Source: Laetmonice hystrix (taxonomy: Eukaryota). Taken from it: DNA of 64,000 bases. The stretch lies in NCBI GenBank assembly GCA_965235115.1, contig OZ249436.1:43402001-43466000 (forward strand), given 5' to 3'. The notes beneath the pieces are model-generated. The model was given only the letters and a program-made list of their open reading frames with translations, was not told where the DNA came from and ran no database searches. This document shows, one piece after another, positions 30,902 through 43,489 of the stretch; position 1 is the first letter of the stretch; every line of letters starts with the position of its first letter. The translations under genes and the position numbers were made by a program.

Positions 30902-31254
30902 TACTGGGTACATTGGTTAGGCCTAATGTAGACTCAATATAACCATACCACGCCAGACGTTACCGGCACTGGGTTCTCACATACACAGGTCGATCGACTG
31001 CCCGTATAGAAGGTGTGTAAGCCTATGACATCTTGTTCATATAAAGTGACCAGATCACCTTTTGTCATGTTGACTTAAACACTCTTGGTTTATTGGTCCA
31101 CCATGCAGTGAACAACCTTCACCTGAATATCGGGTCGTGGTCCTAATATGACACGGGTAGGTGTCAGTAATTGCAGTAACACTTTGTGACATTGAAAGGG
31201 CAGCAAAGTATCCCACAGGGATAGAATATACTGTATTGGTAGGCCAACATGTGC

Positions 31255-31421
31255 GTGTAGCTAATTAAACACTCAGACGTGTAGCTAATTAAACACTCAG
31301 ACGTGTAGCTAATTAAACACTCAGACGTGTAGCTAATTAAACACTCAGACGTGTAGCTAATTAAACACTCAGACGTGTAGCTAATTAAACACTCAGACGT
31401 GTAGCTAATTAAACACTCAGA
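31255..31421. repeat. 24-bp minisatellite, 7 copies
   Basis: Unit cgtgtagctaattaaacactcaga. Confidence 0.95.
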
Positions 31422-32282
31422 CTGCTGCGACAATCAGACGGTGTTGTGCCGTGATAAAGATCGAAACGTAAGTGATGTCGTAAGTGATGTCGTAAGTGAT
31501 GTCGTAAGTGATGTTGGGAGATTTTTTTATTTATTTGGGGGCGGGGGTGTCAACAAGCCCTGTTCCATGAGCAGTTTAGGTTGTAGGGCCTACACGCGAC
31601 AGCTCTGTATAAATGGGCAGAACTCGACCCTTTTAAGCCCAGGTAGGTCTACTGAGCCATGAATCGTGGGGGTAGGGTGGGGGCAAACATAGTCCCCCCC
31701 CCCCCCCCAGTTTCTTTGTGGAGATGACCTCTGTGCCCCCATCCCCCTGCTTCCAGTGGCAGATTTAGGGGGCACCACTTACTAACCCGACCGCTGGGGT
31801 TAATTATCAGGGTTAAATATCAAAGACAACGTTTAACCTTAGGGTAAATCATTGTGTGTATACATGGCGTACGGTGGCGGGTATAACCTTGGCGGGCCTA
31901 TTGATGTTCACCCCATACATTATGCTCACATAATCCGTCTCAGTAAGTTCCTTGAATGTCTATCAATAGTCAAGGATTGAGGACAGAGGATGACGACACA
32001 CCCGCATCATTGACTTACCCGTTCTGTTCAGACGAACACTAACTTTCCTTTAACCCCCCCCCCCCCCAACTGCCCCCCCCCCCCCCCGATCCACAAATCC
32101 TGGACCCGCCACTGCCGTACTGGGGGGTATGTGAGGGACATTCTGATTTCGAAAGGAGGGGGTGGGTATTAGAAATCCCCTCATTCCAGTGTCGTCTCTG
32201 AAAGAACCGGGGGGAGGGAGGGGGGGGGGGGGGTTGTCATCAGTAGATCTGAATGTAGGCCTACAGAGCTTTCCGACAGTAA

Positions 32283-32666
32283 AGCCAGGTTCATACTTCT
32301 GACGCCTACCTACGCCGACTGACCAGCGCGCGCAGTCGCCTACCGTCGGCGACTGTAATCACTGAGGTCGTCCGACTACCTCCAGGCGTCAAAGTATGAA
32401 CACCCCAACGACGTCGTCGCTGACCTTACCTCAGTTTCTTTGGAGTCTTGCTGGGGTCAAGGACAGGGGTCATGATGCTGGATTCCCATTAGCCAGTTTG
32501 GCCTCGCTGAAATGAACTCTGGCCATTTCAGTAGACTACTGTAAATTCGTCGCTCAGCGATCATTGACGCCGACCAAAGCCTACTGGTACTGTAGACGTA
32601 GTCGGAGTCAAATTTTAAGTCGCTGGTGAGTCGGCGTAGGTAGGCGTAAAACGTTTGAACCGGCCT
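32283..32666. mobile_element. PIF/Harbinger-like MITE
   Basis: ~45-bp imperfect TIRs sharing acgcctacctacgccgact; TAA on both flanks. Confidence 0.75.
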
Positions 32667-32763
32667 TAAAGGCCGATACTGTCTTTATCATCTGTCCCAT
32701 GCTTTCTTTGACAATAGGTTTATTGTCGACAGGCATGCCTTTTCCAAGGCGAGACAAGGAGAT

Positions 32764-32835
32764 CGCCCAATGTGGGGCTCGAACCCACGACCCTGGGATT
32801 AAGAGTCCCATGTCTACCGACTGAACTAACCGGGC
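32764..32835 (-). tRNA. trnK-CUU: tRNA-Lys(CUU), probably a pseudogene
   Basis: Minus strand GCCCGGTTAGTTCAGTCGGTAGACATGGGACTCTTAATCCCAGGGTCGTGGGTTCGAGCCCCACATTGGGCG: CTT anticodon and intact T-arm, but a 1-nt deletion in the D-stem (AGAGCA to AGACA) and no adjacent oligo-T terminator. Confidence 0.85.
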
Positions 32836-34904
32836 ACTATATTATTTAAGATTCAAAATTATTTCGAATTTCATTCGCTTTGAAATTTTCGACGAGTTTA
32901 CGAGAGAGTGGAGTGTGGAGGATTCTATTCCAGTGCCATATTTCTGGCCTTGACCTGTATTTGCCCGATGGTTAGCCCCCCCCCCCCTAAAAAGATCCTG
33001 GGTCCGCCCATGTAGACCCTATGTGGAAATCGAGTCGGTAATAATCAAAGGAAATTGGGGTCATAAAAGACGGGACAGATGTCCTAGAACCATATAGTCT
33101 TTGCCATTTGTTTTTGTCAAGTAGATCTAACTGTCCCTAATTCAGTCACAAAACGAATGCTTTCTGTTTTTAGTATAAGCTTACTATAATCCATGTCTAA
33201 TCAGTCCCAGGCCTGTACTATCGGCCTTCTCAAAATCTCGGGTTGAGACGTTTTTCGTACACTCGATACGAAAAATGTCCCAATTTTGTAAGTGGGACAT
33301 TTTTCGTCCGGCAGTTCCAGCGAAAAATGTCTCAATCCATCTATACAAGCTTGTAGCTTGGATCTGATTTAGGTACAGCTATATTCTACCTTTTGTCACA
33401 TGCATAAATCTGCATGAAATACTACTCGGTTACAATTTAAAAGCAAACAATGGCAAACCTTGGCCAAGGCGTCGTGGGAGATGAGACGGGAACGGTATGG
33501 ATTTTATGATCTGACTTAATTTGACATAATGAGGCCATCTTAAATTTCATTGGAAGCCCTACATGGCAGTATTTTGTAAACGGTTCAGGACAGGTGCATA
33601 TACTTACTGTGAAAAGCTTGAATAGGAAGCCATGATCTTCCATTTAGGCCTACTGTAACATATAAATAATATTTCATTTGCCGCCATAAGCCATGACGTA
33701 AAAGACATAATTTGGCCAAATGGTTGTGTCTCCAAAACATAAGTGCATGGTTACTATGGAATTTGAAGGAGAACCCATTTATGAGTTTTATTGCCACAAT
33801 ATGTGAAAACGTAACGTGACTTAATTAGGTTATATATGGCTGTTTGTCCGAAAACATAGAGATAAGTGCATAGTTACAGAACGTGAATAGGAAACCATAT
33901 AATTATGAGCTTTCAATCGCCGCCATATGTTATGACCTATGACGACGCGCTCAGTACAATTTGCATTGTGTCGGAAAGTATATGGCAACATGCAGACTTT
34001 AGTATTTAACTTTAAAAGAGATCAGTATGTTATGTTTTACCTGGAATCTTTGGGTCACAGGACAAAACGGTTCATTGCCCCTATCACCGAGTAACAGGGA
34101 AACGGGATTGATTGCCGGCAATCATGTTGATTAGTTTACTTATTGCCAGGGGTGACGTATGACGTCACCTACCTATGTATGGATGTAATGGGTGACCGTA
34201 GTTATTATATAGGTCTACCTATATTATATACGCATTTAATTGAAGTTACAAGCCTATAGATGTCATTGGGACATTCTTCGCAGTCGAGACATTTTTCGTT
34301 GCATCAGTCTACGCATAATTAGGCCCAGGTATACGTACATTCGGTATAGGTATACGTATATTCGTTTGTTATTATTAGAACAGGTATGAATAATATACCA
34401 AATTTTCCTGTCAGCAATAAGACGTCATGTATTTCTGTTCCCCATCCCAACGTTTGCCCCATTGCTTTCTGAGAAGTGTGGACCAACACCTTCATGTACC
34501 ACATGAGGCGTCAAGGACTTCATGACAACCGGCCGCACGGTGCAGACCGCCATGGAGGGGACGCGGATGTTGCTAGGAAACGTGTAGGGGAAGGAAGCAA
34601 ACAGCGTTAGGAAGAAGATGTCAAGGACGCCGAAACATTCTCCTTTTTTTAATGCAGCTGTTAATGTCTTTTCCTAGTCTTCCGGGGTGCATTTAAAGTC
34701 CCTAAAGAAATATACGAGAAATATATCAGACTTCTAGTATGTGTACATGGGCTCAAAAAAAACTGGAATACTCTTTTCTTGACCGTAACTTCTAGAATTT
34801 TTATCTCAATGTCATAATATTTTGCAAATAATATCCTTTCGGTAATAGGAATAAGTAGTACAAAAACACTTTTTTTCTTTGTGTGTGTGTGTGTGCTATA
34901 CTAA

Positions 34905-35401
34905 GGGCCGTATTTTAGAACTGTCCTTAAAGTGGCATCGTTAGTATCTTCGAGAATAAAACACTTACCTGTCCCCTATAGGCACCTATTGACATAAACT
35001 CGGACCGAAGCTAAAACATGATAATTAGCAGGAGTTTGAATTTGCCTCCACTCTCCGGAAGTGGCGCTAACTGTGAGAGGCGCGCAGCACTGAAACTCAG
35101 CGTGGGAATTCCCCTGTTAGTGCACGGTTATCGAAAATGGCCAAGCGGTTCGAAGGCAGAGCGTTAGATTGCAAAGGAGCCAGCTGAGCATTCTCACATT
35201 AGGCCTACATTTGGTTGGTCTCACTTCAATTTATTCGAGTTTTACATGTGACACTCAGCTGATTTATATGGCAGGGTGTCGATCTTAATGTACAGGTTTT
35301 AAAAACAGTGGATCTTTAAGGCAAAGGAGTTCCTTTAGTCTATTGCAATTCAATGAACAAAAGGATATCCTTTGCCTTAAGCATGGTTCTGAAATACGGC
35401 C
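34905..35401. mobile_element. Harbinger-like MITE
   Basis: ggccgtattttagaac ... gttctgaaatacggcc termini; internal hairpin ttaaggcaaagga / tcctttgccttaa. Confidence 0.55.
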
Positions 35402-36429
35402 ATTGGCTAGTCCCGGTTTTTACTCTCTAACTTTTAAGGGAGTTTCGATCAAGCATGGCACGGCATCTCTTTTTCCTTTCGGAAACCTTTTTCAGTCAAT
35501 ACGGGGGGGGGGGGGTCGCTAGAATCTATTTTTAGCAGCCACAGAGGAATCCAGATTATGATGCCATCAAAGCTAAATGGACGGGCCTTCTTAACAGGCA
35601 CCAAGCACGCACTGAGCAAATCTGAGGTGGTAGGGCGGTTGTGTGAAAGAGACGTGGGGTTTCTATCCTCTTGTCTCCACACCCCGACAACCCAATCTCC
35701 GAGGGCAGCTTGGCAAGATCAAATACATCAGACGTTCTTCTCTCCGACCCAGTAATTCAGTGTGATCATCACAAGAAAGCCGGGGGCAATTATAGATGAC
35801 CCCCAAGGCCGGCCAGAGAGAGAGAGAGAGAGAGGGGGGGGGGGGTAACTGACATCCCCAAACGCATCCCCACTATATAAAAACTGAGCCTGTAGCGGAT
35901 CTATTGTCACGTGCTATTATCATTGTGGAGGGGAGCAGGTCATGTTTTCCATCCGCCTATAACGTGCCGATGGGAATGAGTGGCGGATCGACTAATCAAT
36001 GTGTCGTTGACAGCGATTGGTTGAAGTCGTCGGTAACACTGATGACGTTCAGGCACGCTCGCAGACAGCAGTCTATTATGACACATGCACGAAAACTTAC
36101 AGCTTGACGTCCAAACATCGCGCCAAACGTCACCAGGTGAGTCAATCCGTTTCCATCGTCTCGTAAAACCTTTAGTGCAAGTTTAAATCCAGCAGTTCAA
36201 CCACCTTACGGAGCAGCGTACATAGGGTGCATGTTAACTCCTGCAGATGCTGAGGGGATTAGCATGATTAGTTTGCGCGATCAGCGAAGCTGTAGATAGA
36301 TTTAATACGCATTTCCATGGTGTATCATAAACTCGAATATAGACTGGTTGACGTGCCTCTTCTAAAATGTGGGTGACCATCAGAAAGCGGCTTTTTCATG
36401 TCAGGCGATATAAATATGTGCGTAGACCC

Positions 36430-36678
36430 CAGTGGCGCCTGCAGCCTCTACGCACTATACGCATGTGCGTATAATGGAAAATTTTGTTGAAATTTTTTTT
36501 TATGCTTAAATAAACAAATCGGCTCTAAAATCCGACCTGACTTTGGTAACGTAACTCGTTCGAACCAGCACTACTTTCCGACGTCATTTATAAATCCTAT
36601 TTCTAAACCACTCCTCGTGTATTCTCTACCTTTAAAACTCTGTGCGTATACTGAAAAATATTTCTGCAGGCGCCCCTG
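36430..36678. mobile_element. MITE with 5-bp TSD (hAT5-like)
   Basis: cagtggcgcctgcag ... ctgcaggcgcccctg; perfect GACCC duplication. Confidence 0.75.
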
Positions 36679-37015
36679 GACCCCTTTAGCTTAATTAGGC
36701 CTAATGATGAGATAAAGATCAAAATACAACAATAATCTTACGGCAAATTATACCTCACCTAAAACTAGGTCTGGTATTGTGGTTTAGACTTAATTTAGCC
36801 TACAGGCGAAAACTGCATGGGGTGGCAGAAATCATATCCAAACGAAATGAAGAGTGTGGGGTTTTCCGCTGGCACAGCATTTAGTCAGTGACCGTATAAC
36901 GGCGACAGGACGCTCACTGTTGTCCTACCCGTGAGAGCATACACTTTTAATAGTCTATCCTGGGCAGCGCCCGATTCTACGTTTACTCTCCCACTCCAAT
37001 TCGTCCAGTAAACGT

Positions 37016-38478
37016 GCACCTTGTTTGTTAGTGTCAGACCACAACCCTCGGACCATATGAACCTCGGCCGACAGGGCCATGGCACCTTGTTTGTTAGTGT
37101 CAGACCACAACCCTAGGACCACGAACCTCGGCCGACAGGGCCATGGCACCTTGTTTGTTAGTGTCAGACCACAACCCTCGGACCACGAACCTCGGCCGAC
37201 AGGGCCATGGCACCTTGTTTGTTAGTGTCAGACCACAACCCTCGGACCACGAACCTCGGCCGACAGGGCCATGGCACCTTGTTTGTTAGTGTCAGACCTC
37301 AACCCTCGGACCATGACCCTCGGCCGACAGGGCCATGGCACCTTGTTTGTTAGTGTCAGACCACAACCCTCGGACCATGAACCTCGGCCGACAGGGCCAT
37401 GGCACCTTGTTTGTTAGTGTCAGACCACAACCCTCGGACCATGAACCTCGGCCGACAGGGCCATGGCACCTTGTTTGTTAGTGTCAGACCACAACCCTCG
37501 GACCATGAACCTCGGCCGACAGGGCCATGGCACCTTGTTTGTCAGTGTCACACCACAACCCTCGGCCGACAGGGCCATGGCACCTTGTTTGTTAGTGTCA
37601 GACCACAACCCTCGGACCATGAACCTCGGCCGACAGGGCCATGGCACCTTGTTTGTTAGTGTCAGACCACAACCCTCGGACCATGAACCTCGGCCGACAG
37701 GGCCATGGCACCTTGTTTGTTAGTGTCAGACCACAACCCTCGGACCATGAACCTCGGCCGACAGGGCCATGGCACCTTGTTTGTTAGTGTCAGACCTCAA
37801 CCCTCGGACCATGAACCTCGGCCGACAGGGCCATGGCACCTTGTTTGTTAGTGTGAGACCACAACCCTCGGACCATGAACCTCGGCCGACACGGCCACGG
37901 CACCTTGTTTGCTAGTGTCAGACCACAACCCTCGGACCATGAACCTTGGCCGACAGGGCCACGGCACCTTGTTTGTTAGTGTCAGACCACAACCCTCGGA
38001 CCATGAACCTCGGCCGACAGGGCCAAGGCACCTTGTTTGTTAGTGTCAGACCACAACCCTCGGACCATGAACCTCGGCCGACAGGGCCACGGCACCTTGT
38101 TTGTTAGTGTCAGACCACAACCCTCGGACCATGAACCTCGGCCGACAGGGCCACGGCACCTTGTTTGTTAGTGTCAGACCACAACCCTCGGACCATGAAC
38201 CTCGGCCGACAGGGCCATGGCACCTTGTTTGTTAGTGTCAGACCACAACCCTCGGACCATGAACCTCGGCCGACAGGGCCACGGCACCTTGTTTGTTAGT
38301 GTCAGACCACAACCCTCGGACCATGAACCTCGGCCGGCAGGGTCATGGCACCTTGTTTGTTAGTGTCAGACCACAACCCTCGGACCATGAACCTCGGCCG
38401 ACAGGGCCATGGCACCTTGTTTGTTAGTGTCAGACCTCAACCCTCGGACTATGAACCTCGGCCGAAAGGGCCATGGCA
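37016..38478. repeat. 64-bp minisatellite, about 23 copies
   Basis: Unit gcaccttgtttgttagtgtcagaccacaaccctcggaccatgaacctcggccgacagggccatg. Confidence 0.97.
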
Positions 38479-38681
38479 AATTCAAGATATTGAGGTATTA
38501 TTGCCAAAGACACTTTTACAACGCATATTCGATATTTTTGCATTCACAGAGGCCGATTTCGGCTTGTCATCTTTCTATATCTCTGCCTGTCTGCTTGTAT
38601 GGCATTCTTACTATAGGTAGGACTTCCTGTCCGTCCGTGTAACCAACGATATAGACCTAGACTTAGGCCTATCTGAGGCGG

Positions 38682-40049
38682 ATACAGTGGATGAATACAG
38701 TGGTATGCAACATGTATACAGTGGTATAGTGAGGTGTCATGAATACAGTGGTATGCAACAGGTATATACAGTGGTATAGTGAGGTGTCATGAATACAGTG
38801 GTATGCAACAGGTATACAGTGGTACAGTGAGGTGTCATGAATACAGTGGTATGCAACAGGTATACAGTGGTATAGTGAGGTGTCATGAATACAGTGGTAT
38901 AGTGAGGTGTCATGAATACAGTGGTATGCAACATGTATACAGTGGTATAGTGAGGTGTCATGAATACAGTGGTATGCAACAGGTATATACAGTGGTATAG
39001 TGAGGTGTCATGAATACAGTGGTATGCAACAGGTATACAGTGGTATAGTGAGGTGTCATGAATACAGTGGTATAGTTAGGTGTCATGAATACAGTGGTAT
39101 GCAACAGGTATACAGTGGTATAGTTAGGTGTCATGAATACAGTGGTATGCAACAGGTATACAGTGGTATAGTGAGGTGTCATGGATACAGTGGTATGCAA
39201 CAGGTATACAGTGGTATAGTGAGGTGTCATGAATACAGTGGTATGCAACAGGTATACAGTGGGATAGTGAGGTGTCATGAATACAGTGGTATGCAACAGG
39301 TATACAGTGGTATAGTTAGGTGTCATGAATACAGTGGTATGCAACAGGTATACAGTGGTATAGTGAGGTGTCATGGATACAGTGGTATGCAACAGGTATA
39401 CAGTGGTATAGTGAGGTGTCATGAATACAGTGGTATGCAACAGGTATACAGTGGGATAGTGAGGTGTCATGAATACAGTGGTATGCAACAGGTATACAGT
39501 GGTATAGTGAGGTGTCATGAATACAGTGGTATAGTGAGGTGTCATGGATACAGTGGTATGCAACAGGTATACAGTGGTATAGTGAGGTGTCATGAATACA
39601 GTGGTATGCAACAGGTATACAGTGGGATAGTGAGGTGTCATGAATACAGTGGTATGCAACAGGTATACAGTGGTATAGTGAGGTGTCATGAATACAGTGG
39701 TATGCAACAGGTATACAGTGGTATAGTGAGGTGTCATGAATACAGTGGTATGCAACAGGTATACAGTGGTATAGTGAGGTGTCATGAATAAGGTGGTATG
39801 CAACAGGTATACAGTGGTATAGTGAGGTGTCATGAATACAGTGGTATGCAACAGGTATACAGTAGTATAGTGAGGTGTCATTAATACAGTGGTATGCAAC
39901 AGGTATACAGTGGCATAGTGAGGTGTCATTAATACAGTGGTATGCAACAGGTATACAGTGGTATAGTGAGGTGTCATGAATACAGTGGTATGCAACAGGT
40001 ATACAGTGGTATAGTGAGGTGTCATGAATACAGTGGTATGCAACAGGTA
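38682..40049. repeat. 45-bp minisatellite built from 21 + 24 bp subunits
   Basis: Unit atacagtggtatgcaacaggt + atacagtggtatagtgaggtgtcatga. Confidence 0.97.
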
Positions 40050-41002
40050 CATGGATGCGCCCAATGAATGTTCAATTATTTATTGGATATCAATATCTAT
40101 CGTTCTACCTGTCCGATGACCTCGCCCCATTTTATATGTCTTTGCACCAGTACTGTTGTCGCTTTAGCTGAGCTGGAACCATTTCTGTGCTTAGCACATT
40201 TACTTTGGCATGAAAGGCAATCTGGCGAGCATTCAAAATTTACGAAGTAAACCTCAGTGAATGGGGACACAGGCACGCGCTGGCGGAAGGGGAGTCAAAC
40301 AGAGCCAGGTGTGGTGACAGACGTCAGGGCCAGACAGAGGCGGCAGGGTAGGCCAGTGAGGAAGGCGTCAGCACCAGGTCAGTGGTGTAGGCGTCAGGCG
40401 CCAAGCGAGAGAGGCACCAGGAGGAGGCGCCAGTGCCAGGTAGGCTAAATAACAGCAGACCGGTCGAAAGTAACCTCAGGGGGATTCAGCACCATCATGG
40501 GTGCCACGGTCTGTCTCCGCTGTCTGAGATCTCCGGGAGGTTGGCTGCAGAGTCGTGTGTGTTGTTTTGTTCCGAAATATCAGGTTTGGATCGAGTCTCT
40601 TGTAATAACTCTTTCTCCTCCGTCAGTTTTGTCCCACAATTTGTCTCTCCATGCTGTCGTTCATTATTGTTTGGATGAAAAATCTATGCACATTAACAGA
40701 GGCATTTTATTGTAAGTAGCAATCACGGCAGGGGGTTGAAATCGGCAATAAGCAAGCCGTCACATTTGATAGATTTTCTATGGGCTCTCCCACTTCTTTA
40801 ACGCGGAGCTGTTATGCGCGTTAACCGAATAGACTTGTTCCCTGTACGGGACAGTTCCACAGTTCCAACTGCTCCAAAACTGCACCACTTGGCCACTGCC
40901 AATAATAACCTGATTCTGGTGCAGTTGGTAACAGTGTCCTACGGATCGGGAATGGTCCGGAGAGGTAGGCCAAGCACTTCCGACAGTTAGGTGCGCCCTG
41001 GT

Positions 41003-41470
41003 ATGCGGCGCTCACACAGTGCCGATTATTCCTGCCGTTTGAGATCAGACAGCGCTACGACACGAAAAGTGAAAAAGTCGGATTACTATCCTCAGTGATC
41101 TGGAATGTCCCATCATTCGTTCGTAAGGACCTCGTCACACATTCACGATTTTTACTGCCGTCCTTGATAGGACCATGCCCGATTAAAAAAGTCGGATCTG
41201 ATTCGTGGCTGGAAATTTGTAAAAACATTAATTTAATCACGACAACAATCAGATATTGTTCAGGAAGCGTCCCGATTCAGCCGTTTCCAGCCGAATTAGT
41301 CCCGATTATCCCGTTCTCAATCCGATTCTGCGATCCGACAGAGATCAGACAGAGATTCGACAGTGACGGTTCGCAGTCGGCAAGATCTAGCCGGACCAGA
41401 TCCGTACGACTCTGTTACGAACGTATACGACTGCGTTCAGACAGGGATAGGCACGGTGTGACCCCCGCAT
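41003..41470. mobile_element. Harbinger-like MITE
   Basis: atgcggcgctcacacagtgccgat ... ataggcacggtgtgacccccgcat imperfect TIRs. Confidence 0.6.
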
Positions 41471-42792
41471 GACAGAGTCTTATTGCGCATCTCGCTACAC
41501 AAGAATTGTATAGATATTATGCGCTCGTATATCCCACAAACGGTTTATGTGTGAAAGGTTTGGCAGACAGTTGGTCAACGCCTGGCTTCAATATTCCCGG
41601 GTCTACAAACACTCTGAATATTCCCCGGCTTTTATGGTAGACCGTTACCGCCCTCTGAATTCAGCATCGGTGGTAGCTATCATGAGGACGGCCCTTACTC
41701 GTGCTATAACTACCCTCAGGCTGCTTGTATGACCATGCTGCACAGGCGGACACACCAAAGGAATTGATCACAGGTGGCCCATTATTGCCATGTGTTTCCG
41801 ACCGACATGTGGATGACGGTGAAACTTGTGCGCTAATTCCGTCAACAAAATAGATAATGTTGTAGGTCTATTGTGCTCTAAATGAGAGTACTTGATGTTT
41901 GACCACAAGGTGGCACTAGAGATTGTTTGTATGGGTCACGGGCGATCTTTCTACCACCAGAGGTCAGCACTGGCTCCACCACGGCCTTTTCAATCGGTGC
42001 AAGCAATGAGTACAAACATGTATACACGTAGCCTATATGTATCGCTTCTAAATACTCTTCGGTGCCAGGCAATTAATGTTTCTTCTGAAACTGACGAAGA
42101 CGTTGCGTTATTGGTGGCGCGCACTCGTAAACATCTGCACCGGAAGTAAGTTCTTCTGCGCTGAAATCGTGCGCGCTAGTAGGTCCGAAGGTTTAGGCCG
42201 TAACTAAGCAACTGCGTTTCTCATCTATCGTTATCCTGTCGTGCGTTAAATTGAAAATGCATTGGAGTTAACGATACGACAAGGTACTAACGACTAACGG
42301 CCCCTAATTCCCGTACTGCACCCAGCTCTTAAATCTACAGCAGATACTGCTGTGATATATAGGCACAGGGTTAGTGTTGGCCTATGTGCACAATATTAAT
42401 GTATAGGGCAGTGCTAGCACTGCAACCTGGAGTTTAAAGGTGACGAAAAAGTTCAAACTATCAATATAGATCGAATGCGGGATTTCCACCGGACGCGAGC
42501 GAGCGATTTATTTTGGTGCGCGCGCTTCAAAAGTAGAAATAGTTGAAGGGATTGCAGTAATTTCCACCAGACGCGCACGCACACACATCATGCAATCTGT
42601 CGCGCGCGATTTTTTAAAGTTGCCCAACTTTCAACTTGTTGCGCTCGCTCACTCGACGTAACGAGATTGTGTACATGTACTAGGAAATCTTCGCGACGCA
42701 CACGACGAGACACTGCCATATTGGGGTTTGCTCGCACCTGGTGGAAATGGTCAAAGATGATGCGCTCGCGTTGTGCTATAGACATTCTCCCC

Positions 42793-42940
42793 CAGGGCCC
42801 GGTTTCAGAAAGGTTAGCATGATCTTAACTTAAGCTCTGCTTAGCCTTTTAGGACCCCTGATTGGCTGGTTGAAGCTGAGCAGCAGATGACCAGCCAATC
42901 AGGGGTCCTAAAATGCTAACCTTTCTGAAACCGGGCCCTG
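42793..42940. mobile_element. Palindromic MITE
   Basis: Perfect 28-bp TIR cagggcccggtttcagaaaggttagcat; second internal inverted repeat ttttaggacccctgattggctgg. Confidence 0.8.
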
Positions 42941-43099
42941 GCTTCGTCTGCTTGTCTGCCCTACTTGTCCACGAAGTGTTATGTGGCCGCCAGGCGGAAC
43001 GAACCACGCAGATTCCAGGCCAGAGTGCCGCTATTCACGTCCCGCTGCGATTCCACTTTTACCAGAAACCTGGCCATGACGTCACCGCTAAACCAATTC

Positions 43100-43489
43100 G
43101 AGTGAGTGAGTGGTGGTGGTGGTTTTCCGCCGTGCCGGCATCCGGGGCCATCTTCACGGCGAAAACAAGGTTAAAAGACCATGAAATGAAAGGAACCTAT
43201 TTTATCCCGGGCCCTAACGGGAATATCATTAAAATACACTCCATCCTGTCAGCCCAACCGGGCTATCGACGTGCCTGAACTATAAAAGAGTCAGAAGTCC
43301 AGCTTCTGACAAAAACTCTAAAATCACTCCTGGTCTGACATTGATAAAAAGATCCTCAAGACTTGTCTCACTATAAAACCGTTGTCTGGTCAGAGTGAAA
43401 TCACCACACTCAAGTAAAAGATGCTTCAGTGTCAAAGGACACTGACAGCCATGACACTCTGGAGGTGGCTCCCCCTTCAATAAAAACAC
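43100..43489 (-). mobile_element. 5'-truncated LINE (I/Nimb-like clade): ORF2 C-terminus, 3'UTR and microsatellite tail
   Basis: PPECHGCQCPLTLKHLLLEC (CCHC finger) ...RQRFY...LFIN...ILEFLSEAGL*, followed on the minus strand by a (CCA)n(CTCA)n tail. Confidence 0.8.

Noticed and set aside
38958..40064. 368-aa and 263-aa repetitive ORFs (likewise 5351-6561, 24408-26869, 46675-47317, 47894-48538, 60017-60544)
   Set aside because: All coincide exactly with minisatellites.
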